Origin: Ignavibacteria bacterium
GTDB taxonomy: Bacteria; Bacteroidota; Ignavibacteria; Kapaibacteriales; UBA4661
DNA length: 64,000 bases
NCBI GenBank assembly: GCA_947459425.1
Contig: CANHDJ010000007.1
Coordinates: 9,919 to 73,918, forward strand
Direction of reading: 5' to 3'
Shown here: positions 1 through 8,190 of the stretch, one piece after another
Position numbering within the stretch: position 1 is the stretch's first letter
Layout of the letters: every line of letters starts with the position of its first letter
Notes under the pieces: generated by a model
What the model saw: only the letters and a program-made list of their open reading frames with translations
What the model was told of the DNA's origin: nothing
Databases searched by the model: none
Made by a program: the position numbers and the translations under genes

Positions 1-127
1 TCTGCACAAGTGATAGATACTCGCCGCACAGATGCTCGCCCTCAATCACGCACTGGCAAGCAATTTCGCGCTCTGAGCGCTTCTGTAATGCCCGAATATG
101 CTGATGTTGACTGGCGGAGAGCAGCAT
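1..127 (-). CDS. TrmH/SpoU-family RNA methyltransferase, N-terminus only (runs off the window edge)
   Basis: Not in the ORF track. Minus-strand frame open from ATG 127 (or 178) to the edge: MLLSASQHQHIRALQKRSEREIACQCVIEGEHLCGEYL, resembling the TrmH N-terminal pattern LS..Q.KHIR.L..K..R.....F..EG..L..E. Confidence 0.55.
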   Translation of the reverse strand, partial: MLLSASQHQHIRALQKRSEREIACQCVIEGEHLCGEYLSLVQ

Positions 128-339
128 CAATCGTGAAGTATCCTGGTGCGATTGATTTCGATGAGGTCGGTAGGTCATATCGGTTTTGCGTAATTTCTGA
201 GAAGAATGTATTTTGGATGCAGCGACTATCCTTGATGGTTGGCTTTTGACTACGCAACCATGATGAGGATGTTTGGCGTTGCAAAATACACGAAATGCGA
301 ACAACGTTCATCACACAAAATTTACGATGCGAGGTTTCT

Positions 340-780
340 ATGTCCAGAGGATTTAACCGCGTCTTGCTTATCGGAAACGTTGGCAAAGACCCCGAAATAC
401 GCTACACAACAAGCGGCGTACCTGTTGCCACCTTTGCCTTGGCAACATCGGAAATGTGGAAGGATAAAGACGGCGTACCGCAAGAGCGCACCGATTGGCA
501 CAACGTCGTGGCATGGCGCAAACTTGCCGAAATTATTCAAGAAATTGTAAAAAAAGGCTCACGGCTTTTGGTTGAGGGGAAAATTCAAAACCGCTCCTAC
601 GAAAAAAATGGCGAAAAGCGCTTTATCACGGAGATACTTGCCGAAAATATTCTTGTGCTGGATGGGCGCAAAAACGTTGACGAGATGATACACGAAAGCC
701 ATGCAAACGGCATGAGCAAAGCGATTGCGAGCGTTGCGGGCTTCAGCGATACGCCGCCGGATGAGGATTTACCATTTTGA
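340..780 (+). CDS. ssb: single-stranded DNA-binding protein
   Basis: NRVLLIGNVGKDPEIRYT OB-fold start, TDWHNVVAW, acidic EDLPF C-terminus; GAGG RBS at 331-334. Confidence 0.97.
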   Translation: MSRGFNRVLLIGNVGKDPEIRYTTSGVPVATFALATSEMWKDKDGVPQERTDWHNVVAWRKLAEIIQEIVKKGSRLLVEGKIQNRSYEKNGEKRFITEILAENILVLDGRKNVDEMIHESHANGMSKAIASVAGFSDTPPDEDLPF

Positions 781-892
781 GAATAATTGCGAATTGAGTA
801 ATCACGGCATGAAATCAGCCCGTGCAATCAGTTTTACCGACAACAATTTGAATAATCCTTGATTTCTTGACGATTGTTGTTGGAGATTTCCG

Positions 893-900
893 TAAATTTG
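893..900 (+). promoter_or_regulatory. Bacteroidota-type -7 promoter element (TAAATTTG) upstream of rsmI
   Basis: Matches TAnnTTTG, about 60 nt before the rsmI ATG; -33 element not clear. Confidence 0.5.
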
Positions 901-944
901 CGGTTTTGAGTGACGCTCGTTCACTCAAAACCGCTTTTTATTTT
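900..944 (+). terminator. Rho-independent terminator-like hairpin between ssb and rsmI
   Basis: Perfect 14-bp stem GCGGTTTTGAGTGA/TCACTCAAAACCGC, 7-nt loop, followed by TTTTTATTTT. Confidence 0.7.
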
Positions 945-958
945 CGTTTCATCAATCT

Positions 959-2380
959 ATGAACACCTCTTCACATCTGTTGACTTCCGATGCGCCCGAA
1001 GGGCAGAATATCGGATTTTCCGACGCTTTAGAGCCTCTTGCGCATGACGCGCCGGAGCAAAGCGCACACTCGCAAGCCGCCGAACCCGACGGGGATATTC
1101 CGCCGGATTTTGCGCTTCATGCGCCAAGTTTGTCGGCTGCGCCCACCAAAGAGAAGGCAAAAGCTATCAATCATGGTACGCTATATATCGTTTCCACGCC
1201 AATTGGAAACAATGACGACATAAGCCTCCGTGCCATTAAAACGCTCAAACAAGCCGATGTTGTTATTGGCGAAGAAGGCAAAACCGTTGCGCGATTACTC
1301 CACGAACACCGCATTACCAAAAAACTCGAAGAGCTTAACGAACACAACGAAAACGAGCAAACCCGTACCTTGATGGGAATGCTCAAAAACGGTAAAGACC
1401 TCGCTCTCGTCTCCGATGCTGGAACGCCGCTTCTGGCCGACCCCGGCGCACAACTCGTGCGCAAGGCAATCGAAGCGGGTATTGCCGTTCGCGCTATTCC
1501 GGGCGTAACAAGCATTATGACCGCCTTGATTACAAGCGGTCTTCCGATGGATTCCTTCGTCTTTGCGGGCTTTGTAAGCCGCGAACCGGGTGAACGCTTG
1601 CAAGAACTCAAGCGCCTCGCACAAGAGCCACGCACAGTCGCGCTGTTGGAAACGCCCTACCGCCTTGTGCCGCTCTTGGAAGCAGCCCGTCAAATTATGC
1701 CGCAACGCAGAGCCTATCTGGGCTGCAACCTCACAATGGATTCCGAGACGCACCATTACGGCACAGTAAGCGAACTTTATACCAAATTTGTGGTTTCGCG
1801 CTTCAAAGGCGAATTTGTCTTTTGTTTTGAAGGCGTAAAAGGTGGACAAAATCTTGCTCCGCAGCCACAAGAGCGCCGAGATGAATATCGTGATAAAAAA
1901 CCTTTCAACCGCGAAGGTGGCTTCAAACGTGAAGGTGGCGGCAACCGTGAGGGCGGCTTCAACCGTGAAGGTGGCTTCAAACGTGAAGGCGGCGGCAACC
2001 GCGACAGTGGATTCAAACGAGAGGGTGGAAGTAGCGGTCGTGGTGATGGCTTCAAGCGTGAGGGTGGCGGAGGGCGCGGTGATGGCTTCAAACGTGAAGG
2101 TGGTGGCGGTCGCGGTGATGGATTCAAGCGTGAGGGTGGTGGCGGTCGCGGTGATGGCTTCAAGCGTGAAGGTGGCGGCGGTCGCGGTGATGGCTTCAAG
2201 CGTGAAGGCGGCGGTGGCGGTGATTCCCGCAGTGGCGGCAGACCCGGAGGCAGACCTGAAGCCGCACGTGGCGGTGGTTTCAAGCGCGAGGGAAATTTCC
2301 GACGCGAAGGAGGCGGTAGGCAACAAGGCGATAAACCGCAAGGAAATAAGCCTCAAGGCGATGCACCAAAAAGTGAGTAA
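959..2380 (+). CDS. rsmI: 16S rRNA (cytidine1402-2'-O)-methyltransferase RsmI with long Gly/Arg-rich C-terminal tail
   Basis: GTLYIVSTPIGNNDDISLRA, LVSDAGTPLLADPG, ETPYRL and KGEFV motifs; about 70-aa N-terminal and 170-aa C-terminal extensions. Confidence 0.93.
   Translation: MNTSSHLLTSDAPEGQNIGFSDALEPLAHDAPEQSAHSQAAEPDGDIPPDFALHAPSLSAAPTKEKAKAINHGTLYIVSTPIGNNDDISLRAIKTLKQADVVIGEEGKTVARLLHEHRITKKLEELNEHNENEQTRTLMGMLKNGKDLALVSDAGTPLLADPGAQLVRKAIEAGIAVRAIPGVTSIMTALITSGLPMDSFVFAGFVSREPGERLQELKRLAQEPRTVALLETPYRLVPLLEAARQIMPQRRAYLGCNLTMDSETHHYGTVSELYTKFVVSRFKGEFVFCFEGVKGGQNLAPQPQERRDEYRDKKPFNREGGFKREGGGNREGGFNREGGFKREGGGNRDSGFKREGGSSGRGDGFKREGGGGRGDGFKREGGGGRGDGFKREGGGGRGDGFKREGGGGRGDGFKREGGGGGDSRSGGRPGGRPEAARGGGFKREGNFRREGGGRQQGDKPQGNKPQGDAPKSE
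1903..2315 (+). repeat. Coding tandem repeat F[KNR]REG in the rsmI tail; core of five 36-bp units
   Basis: 12 F[KNR]REG motifs; TTCAA at 2051, 2087, 2123, 2159 and 2195 gives a 36-nt period with synonymous variation. Confidence 0.95.
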
Positions 2381-2454
2381 AGGCTTCGTTACGATGTCGA
2401 GCGAAGCTGAAAGGTTAATCAGCTATAACTATTCAACATATCGGAGAAAAAACT

Positions 2455-2838
2455 ATGGCTTACGATGATGATTCCAAAGACCCACGCATTCGCGCCACAC
2501 AAAGCGTGTGGGGGATTGCTTGTGGCATGATGGGCATATCTATCCCACTTATTGCGATTACTGGTGGTGCTGGTGGTATGTCCTATTTGCCGCTCATGGT
2601 CATTGCTGGTGCGGCTGCCAGCAGCCTTGCTATTTGGTTCGCGCCGCAGCGTGAAAAGACGTACATCGAATCCGCACCAATGCACGAGTTGGAAGACATT
2701 AAACGCGGCATACTGGATCTTCGGGATTATATCGGCTCATTAGAGCAGAAAATTGAAGACCAGGAACTGCAACTGCGTATTACACAAGCAAATACTGGAA
2801 AATCTTCTGAAGGGAAACTGCCCGAAAATCCAGTGTAA
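2455..2838 (+). CDS. hypothetical membrane protein (two TM helices, C-terminal coiled coil)
   Basis: GGAG RBS, two hydrophobic segments, heptad-like LEDIKRGILDLRDYIGSLEQKIED. Confidence 0.75.
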   Translation: MAYDDDSKDPRIRATQSVWGIACGMMGISIPLIAITGGAGGMSYLPLMVIAGAAASSLAIWFAPQREKTYIESAPMHELEDIKRGILDLRDYIGSLEQKIEDQELQLRITQANTGKSSEGKLPENPV

Positions 2839-2888
2839 ATCAGGTATTTCATACGTGACCAAACAATCTCTTTTTTGAAAGTGATACA

Positions 2889-3077
2889 ATGACAACCATA
2901 GCAAAAAAACAGGTAAAACCAGCGCTCACAACGAATCCATCCCAAAACAGTGATGCAATATGGGATGAACTTCTTGCGAAACCCGAATCGGAGGAGTTTT
3001 TAGCATTGATGATTGCGGAAGTCAGGCAAGAAGAGGCGGAAGGTACGCTTATGGAAGGCGCTTGGGATGAAATCTAG
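2889..3077 (+). CDS. putative type II antitoxin (small acidic protein)
   Basis: 62 aa, acidic (WDELLAKPESEEFLALMIAEVRQEEAEG), overlaps the start of a RelE/ParE-like toxin. Confidence 0.7.
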   Translation: MTTIAKKQVKPALTTNPSQNSDAIWDELLAKPESEEFLALMIAEVRQEEAEGTLMEGAWDEI

Positions 3078-3375
3078 GATGACAGCACGATTTCGTGCGT
3101 TGTTCAAAAAACTTCCTGCTCAGATACGGGCATTAGCAACGCAGTCCTATCGGGAGTGGTCAAAAAATCCAAAGTATCCCAGCCTTCATTTTAAGCCTCT
3201 GCACCCAAAGCACTTTAATGTCTGGTCAGCGAGAGTTGGTGCGGAGTATCGGGCTTTGGCACTTGTTGAAGACGACACAGCAAAATGGTTTTGGATAGGC
3301 ACACACAAAGAGTACGACCAAATTCTAGCAAACCTCAGAGCCGTCGCAAAAGGCAAAAAGCAGACGAATGACTAA
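3067..3375 (+). CDS. RelE/ParE-like type II toxin
   Basis: Basic 102-aa protein with NPKYPSLHFK, WSARVG..YRAL and WFWIGTHKEYD motifs; ATG 3067 overlaps the antitoxin by 11 nt. Confidence 0.8.
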   Translation: MKSRMTARFRALFKKLPAQIRALATQSYREWSKNPKYPSLHFKPLHPKHFNVWSARVGAEYRALALVEDDTAKWFWIGTHKEYDQILANLRAVAKGKKQTND

Positions 3376-3411
3376 TGAACCAATGACCAATCAACCAATG
3401 ACCACATGACC
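3367..3411 (+). repeat. short tandem repeat of alternating 7- and 8-nt units (AATGACY / AATSAACC)
   Basis: AATGACT AATGAACC AATGACC AATCAACC AATGACC ACATGACC; spans the toxin stop and the guaA start. Confidence 0.8.
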
Positions 3412-4959
3412 CACTCCGAACGCATCATCATCCTCGACTTCGGTTCGCAATACACCCAGCTTATCGCCCGCAAAGTCCGCGAAAACGGCGTATTTGCTGA
3501 ACTTCACCCGTACACCATTAGCGAACAAGCGCTTGCTGAGTTGCAGCCCAAAGGCATTATTTTATCGGGCAGCCCCTTCAGTGTCTATGCCGAAGGCGCA
3601 CCCTTACCTGCGTTTGACGTGTTTGCTTTTGCTGAAGCACGGAAAATTCCCGTTTTGGGGCTGTGCTATGGCTTGCAACTCATCGCCCAGACGCAGGGCG
3701 GCGCGGTGGACAAAGCCGCTAAACGTGAGTTTGGTTATGCAGCGCTGGAAATTGTTGCCGAAAGCCCGCTTTGGAAGGATATTCCGCCCAGTTCACAGGT
3801 CTGGATGTCTCATGGAGACTCGCTCACGGCATTTCCCAAGGGGTTCGATATTATTGGCAAAACCGAAAATGCGCCCTATTGCGCCTTGCAGAATCTTGAG
3901 CGAAAAATTTTCGGTTTGCAGTTCCACCCCGAAGTCCACCACAGCACCGATGGAAAGACGATGCTGGCGAATTTTCTCTTTGAAATTTGCGGCTGTACGG
4001 GCGGCTGGGATGCGGGTTCGTTTGTGGAAGAGGCAGTGCGGGAGATTCGCGCTAAGGTCGGCACGGGCGGTGTGATTTGTGCCTTATCGGGCGGTGTGGA
4101 TTCGACCGTAGCGGCGGTGCTGCTCCACAAAGCCATCGGTAAGCAGCTTCATTGCATCCACATTGATAACGGGCTTATGCGCTCACAGGAGAGCCGCACG
4201 GTGGTGGAACTTTTCAAAACGCACTTCGACCTCAGCATTGACTTTGTTGATGCGTCAGGCCTGTTTTTAAGCCGTTTGGAAGGAATTTCTGACCCCGAGC
4301 AAAAGCGTAAAATTATCGGAAAAACCTTCATCGAAGTTTTTGATACTGAGGCAAAAAAATTCGGCGACGCAGAGTTCCTCGCCCAAGGTACGCTCTATCC
4401 CGACGTGATAGAATCGGTCTCCTTCAAAGGTCCGTCGGTAACGATTAAAACCCATCACAACGTCGGCGGGCTGCCGGAGAACATGAAACTCCGCTTAGTA
4501 GAGCCATTCCGTGAGCTATTCAAAGATGAAGTGCGGGCGGTAGGGCGCTTGCTGGGTGTTCCCGATTGGTTTATTGACCGTCATCCTTTCCCCGGACCCG
4601 GCTTGGCTATTCGTGTTCCGGGAACAATCACGCGCGAAAAATTGGAAATTTTACGCAAAGCAGATGATATTTATCTCGACGAAATCCGCTCATCGGGGCT
4701 GTACAATGAGATTTGGCAAGCATTCGCAGTGCTGCTTCCCGTGCAGACGGTCGGCGTGATGGGCGATGAGCGCACCTACGAGTATGTATGCGCCCTCCGC
4801 GCCGTTACGAGTGTGGACGGAATGACGGCGAACTGGTTCCCGATGCCCTACGATGTGCTGGCGCGGATGTCGAACCGCATTGTCAGCGAAGTTCGCGGCA
4901 TAAACCGCGTTGTGTATGACGTTTCGAGCAAACCTCCGGCGACGATTGAGTGGGAGTAA
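3406..4959 (+). CDS. guaA: glutamine-hydrolyzing GMP synthase
   Basis: [32 protein letters not shown]-terminal KPPATIEWE. Confidence 0.99.
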   Translation: MTHSERIIILDFGSQYTQLIARKVRENGVFAELHPYTISEQALAELQPKGIILSGSPFSVYAEGAPLPAFDVFAFAEARKIPVLGLCYGLQLIAQTQGGAVDKAAKREFGYAALEIVAESPLWKDIPPSSQVWMSHGDSLTAFPKGFDIIGKTENAPYCALQNLERKIFGLQFHPEVHHSTDGKTMLANFLFEICGCTGGWDAGSFVEEAVREIRAKVGTGGVICALSGGVDSTVAAVLLHKAIGKQLHCIHIDNGLMRSQESRTVVELFKTHFDLSIDFVDASGLFLSRLEGISDPEQKRKIIGKTFIEVFDTEAKKFGDAEFLAQGTLYPDVIESVSFKGPSVTIKTHHNVGGLPENMKLRLVEPFRELFKDEVRAVGRLLGVPDWFIDRHPFPGPGLAIRVPGTITREKLEILRKADDIYLDEIRSSGLYNEIWQAFAVLLPVQTVGVMGDERTYEYVCALRAVTSVDGMTANWFPMPYDVLARMSNRIVSEVRGINRVVYDVSSKPPATIEWE

Positions 4960-4988
4960 GGTTCAGAAATTACCGAAAAAAAAATGTT

Positions 4989-6182
4989 ATGCAAATCGAA
5001 AGCGTTCAAATAGAAAATTACAAGGTTTTTCGCGCTGCTGAGGTGCGAAATTTGCCGCCAATGTGCGTCTTTCTTGGTGCGAATGGTGCCGGGAAATCCA
5101 CGTTTTTTGATGTATTCGGTTTTTTAAGCGATGCTCTCAAAACTAATGTTCGTGCGGCTTTGGGGGCAAGAGGCGGATGGAAAGAAGTTATTTCGCGGGG
5201 GCAAATGGGCGATATTGCCATCACCATCAAGTTTCGGAATGCTCCGAAAGAGCCGATTATCACTTACGAACTTGCTGTCGGATTGCTGCCCGATTCAACG
5301 CTTCCTGTGGTCAAACGCGAAGTTTTAAGCTATCGGCGAGGGCAGACTGGTCGCCCATTCAAGTTTCTCAACTTTAGCAATGGTGTAGGGTTTGCGATTG
5401 TCAATGAAATTGAATTTTCAGCCGCAAAGCAGGATTTTCAAGAGCAGCGCGAGGAATTTCGTTTGGATTCGCCGGATATTTTAGCAATTAAAGGACTGGG
5501 GCAGTTCCAGCGCTTCAAGGCAATATCGGATTTTCGCAAATTGCTGGATAATTGGTACGTTGCCAATTTTCAAATTCCTGATGCAAAGCGCACTCAAGAC
5601 CAAGGATTCAGCGAGCGTCTTTCTTCGACGGCGGATAATTTGGCTCAGGTCGCCGATTTTATGTTTGAGCATCACCCGGACGTATTCCAACGGGTACTAG
5701 AGAAGATGCAGCGCCGTGTTCCGGGCGTGGAAAGAGTCGAGGCACATAAATCGGAGGAAGGGCGAATTTTGCTGCGCTTCCACGATGGCAGCTTCAAAGA
5801 CCCGTTTTTAGCGCGGTATGTTTCCGATGGTACGCTGAAAATGTTCGCCTATTTGCTCTTGCTTCATACGCCCCTGCCCTATCAACTTCTCTGCATTGAA
5901 GAGCCGGAGAATTATTTGCATCCCGATTTGCTCATGGAATTAGCGGAAGAATTTAGAGAATATGCGGCTTCCGGCAGGCAAGTGTTTATCTCGACGCACT
6001 CGCCGGATTTCGTGAATGCTCTGAATTTGGATGAAGTATTTTGGCTAACGAAAAAACAAGGCTGCACTGAGATTTTACCAGCTTCTGAAGATACGATAAC
6101 ATCTGATTTAGTTCGTGCCGGCGACGGACTTGGATCACTCTGGACACAAGGATATTTGCGGGGAAGCGGGGTGCAGCGATGA
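4989..6182 (+). CDS. AAA_21/AbiEii-like ABC-type ATPase
   Basis: Walker A GANGAGKS, signature VSDGTLK, Walker B LLCIEEPEN, H-loop STHSP; no TM segments. Confidence 0.88.
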   Translation: MQIESVQIENYKVFRAAEVRNLPPMCVFLGANGAGKSTFFDVFGFLSDALKTNVRAALGARGGWKEVISRGQMGDIAITIKFRNAPKEPIITYELAVGLLPDSTLPVVKREVLSYRRGQTGRPFKFLNFSNGVGFAIVNEIEFSAAKQDFQEQREEFRLDSPDILAIKGLGQFQRFKAISDFRKLLDNWYVANFQIPDAKRTQDQGFSERLSSTADNLAQVADFMFEHHPDVFQRVLEKMQRRVPGVERVEAHKSEEGRILLRFHDGSFKDPFLARYVSDGTLKMFAYLLLLHTPLPYQLLCIEEPENYLHPDLLMELAEEFREYAASGRQVFISTHSPDFVNALNLDEVFWLTKKQGCTEILPASEDTITSDLVRAGDGLGSLWTQGYLRGSGVQR

Positions 6183-6778
6183 ATGATGAGCGTCTGCTCC
6201 AAGCCGCACAGAATCTTGTCCCGGAGCGGGTCGAAATTTTGGTAGAAGAGCGCTCAATGTATGAATTTCTGCTGCGCTTTTTGCCGCGTATTTTGCCATC
6301 AGGATATGCGATTGAGCAGAATTGCTTTATCCGCCCACATCAAGGCAAAAGTGATTTGCAGAAGTCTATACCCAAGAAAATACGAGGGTTCCAGAACCAC
6401 CCTCTGCCTGTGAAGTTTATTATTCTCCACGACCAAGACAGCAACGATTGCCGAAAATTGAAGCAGGAACTACGGGCGCTCTGTGGCAATACTCCGGCGC
6501 TCATTCGTATTGCCTGCCGCGAGCTAGAATCGTGGTATTTAGGCGATATGGCGGCGTTGGAAGAAATTTATCCTCGTTTCAAAAGTGAGCATTACCGCCA
6601 GCGCAAGGCATTTCGCACACCAGATGAATGCTTCGCAGCGCACGATTTGAAGCGCCTTATCCCAACATTTCAAAAAATAAGCGCGGCACGAGCATTAGGC
6701 GAGTGCATTGAGATTGCGAATAACACGTCGCCCAGCTTTCGAGCTTTTGTCGAAGGTTTACAAACATTTTTGGTGTAA
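6179..6778 (+). CDS. DUF4276-family (TOPRIM-like) protein
   Basis: EILVEERS, HQGKSDL, LHDQD (DxD), RELESWYLGD, N.SPSF motifs; ATGA overlap with the ATPase. Confidence 0.8.
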   Translation: MNDERLLQAAQNLVPERVEILVEERSMYEFLLRFLPRILPSGYAIEQNCFIRPHQGKSDLQKSIPKKIRGFQNHPLPVKFIILHDQDSNDCRKLKQELRALCGNTPALIRIACRELESWYLGDMAALEEIYPRFKSEHYRQRKAFRTPDECFAAHDLKRLIPTFQKISAARALGECIEIANNTSPSFRAFVEGLQTFLV

Positions 6779-6825
6779 ACTGCCCATTCAATCGGCACTA
6801 TTTCCTATTCAACGGCTTTAATACT

Positions 6826-8151
6826 ATGCTCCTCGGCTTATTCCTGACCATGATTCTGGTCTTTTTGAACGGCTTTTTTGTGGCGGCGGAATTTGCGCTC
6901 GTCAAAGTCCGTATGTCCCAAATCGAAATGCGGGCGCAGGCGGGAAGCCGTCTGGCGGGCATTGCCAAAAATATTCTGGATAATTTGGATGCCTATTTGT
7001 CGGCTTCTCAGCTTGGGATTACGCTTGCAAGTCTCGCGCTAGGCTGGATTGGCGAGGATGTTGCCACCAAAATTGTCTTTGGCTTTTTTCACCTTATCAA
7101 TATCAGCATTGAGCCGGATTTAGCGCATAAAATCGCGGGTCCGATTGCATTTGTCACCATTACCGCACTGCATATTATTCTCGGCGAACAGGCTCCCAAA
7201 TGGTTTGCTATTCAGCGCCCCGAAACAGTTGTTATCGGCGTTGCGCTGCCGATGCGTATTTTTTACCTTGTTTTTAAGCCCTTCATCATCGGTCTGAACT
7301 ACGTCTCTAACGCCCTTTTGAAGGTGCTTGGTATCGAAGCCACGCATGAGGAAGTCCATAGCGCAGAAGAGATTCAGTATTTGCTCAAACGTGGCGAAGA
7401 GACAGGCGCTATCGAAACCGCCGACCACGAACTTATCAAGAACGTTTTTACGCTCAGTGAGCGCATGGCAAAGCAAATCATGGTTTCGCGGACGCGGATG
7501 TCGGCGATTGATATTGCAACGCCTGTCGGCGATCTTTTGGGGCGGGTCATTGAAGAAGGTTTTTCGCGGTTGCCAGTCTATAAAGATTCGCTGGATAATA
7601 TCGTCGGCGTGGTTTACACCAAAGATATTTTGACGCTCGCCCAGCATCCCGAACTTATCGTACTGCAAGATATTGTGCGCCCTGCATACTTCGTGCATGA
7701 GACCAAAAGCGTCCGCGAACTTTTGCGGGAATTTCAAAAACGGCGTATTCACGTTGCGATTGTGATTGATGATTTTGGCGGCACGGCGGGCATGATTACA
7801 CTAGAAGATATTTTGGAGGAAATCGTCGGTGATATTCAGGATGAATTCGACGACGACCAAGCAACGATGCGCCGTGTGGACGAATACGAGTTTGAAATTA
7901 CCGCCTCCACGCCGATTCCCGAACTCAACCAAATGCTTCCCAAGCCACTCCCCGAAAACGAGCGCTACGAAACGCTTGGCGGCTATATCAACGTCCTGTT
8001 TGGGAAAATTCCCAACGAAAGCGAAATTATCGTCGAAAATGGGTATATGTTCACGATTATCAAAAAGAACAAACGTGCGGTGGAACTTGTCCGCATCACG
8101 CATTTGGAGCGAAGCGCGGAAGAGCCTGAAACGAGTAATACGGCGGCATAA
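6826..8151 (+). CDS. hemolysin/CorC (CNNM-CBS-CorC) family membrane protein
   Basis: NGFFVAAEFALV, QLGITLASLALGW, GFSRLPVY, DDFGGTAGMITLEDILEEIVGDIQDE. Confidence 0.95.
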   Translation: MLLGLFLTMILVFLNGFFVAAEFALVKVRMSQIEMRAQAGSRLAGIAKNILDNLDAYLSASQLGITLASLALGWIGEDVATKIVFGFFHLINISIEPDLAHKIAGPIAFVTITALHIILGEQAPKWFAIQRPETVVIGVALPMRIFYLVFKPFIIGLNYVSNALLKVLGIEATHEEVHSAEEIQYLLKRGEETGAIETADHELIKNVFTLSERMAKQIMVSRTRMSAIDIATPVGDLLGRVIEEGFSRLPVYKDSLDNIVGVVYTKDILTLAQHPELIVLQDIVRPAYFVHETKSVRELLREFQKRRIHVAIVIDDFGGTAGMITLEDILEEIVGDIQDEFDDDQATMRRVDEYEFEITASTPIPELNQMLPKPLPENERYETLGGYINVLFGKIPNESEIIVENGYMFTIIKKNKRAVELVRITHLERSAEEPETSNTAA

Positions 8152-8190
8152 AGCAAACGTACGCTGTTTTAATGAGGTTCTATCGGCTTC

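Noticed and set aside
10-550. ORFs 10..249 (+), 42..386 (-) and 239..550 (+)
   Set aside because: No recognisable motifs; they overlap the better-supported TrmH-like and ssb frames.
2036-2215. 36-bp periodic repeat as a CRISPR array
   Set aside because: Units are contiguous with no spacers, vary at third codon positions, and no cas genes are present.
1295-2468. Long alternative-frame ORFs over the rsmI tail
   Set aside because: Expected by-product of a stop-poor GC-rich repeat; synonymous variation fits the rsmI frame.
4940-6830. Integrated genomic island at the guaA 3' end
   Set aside because: No integrase, and I found no second copy of the guaA terminal sequence GAGTGGGA downstream by eye.
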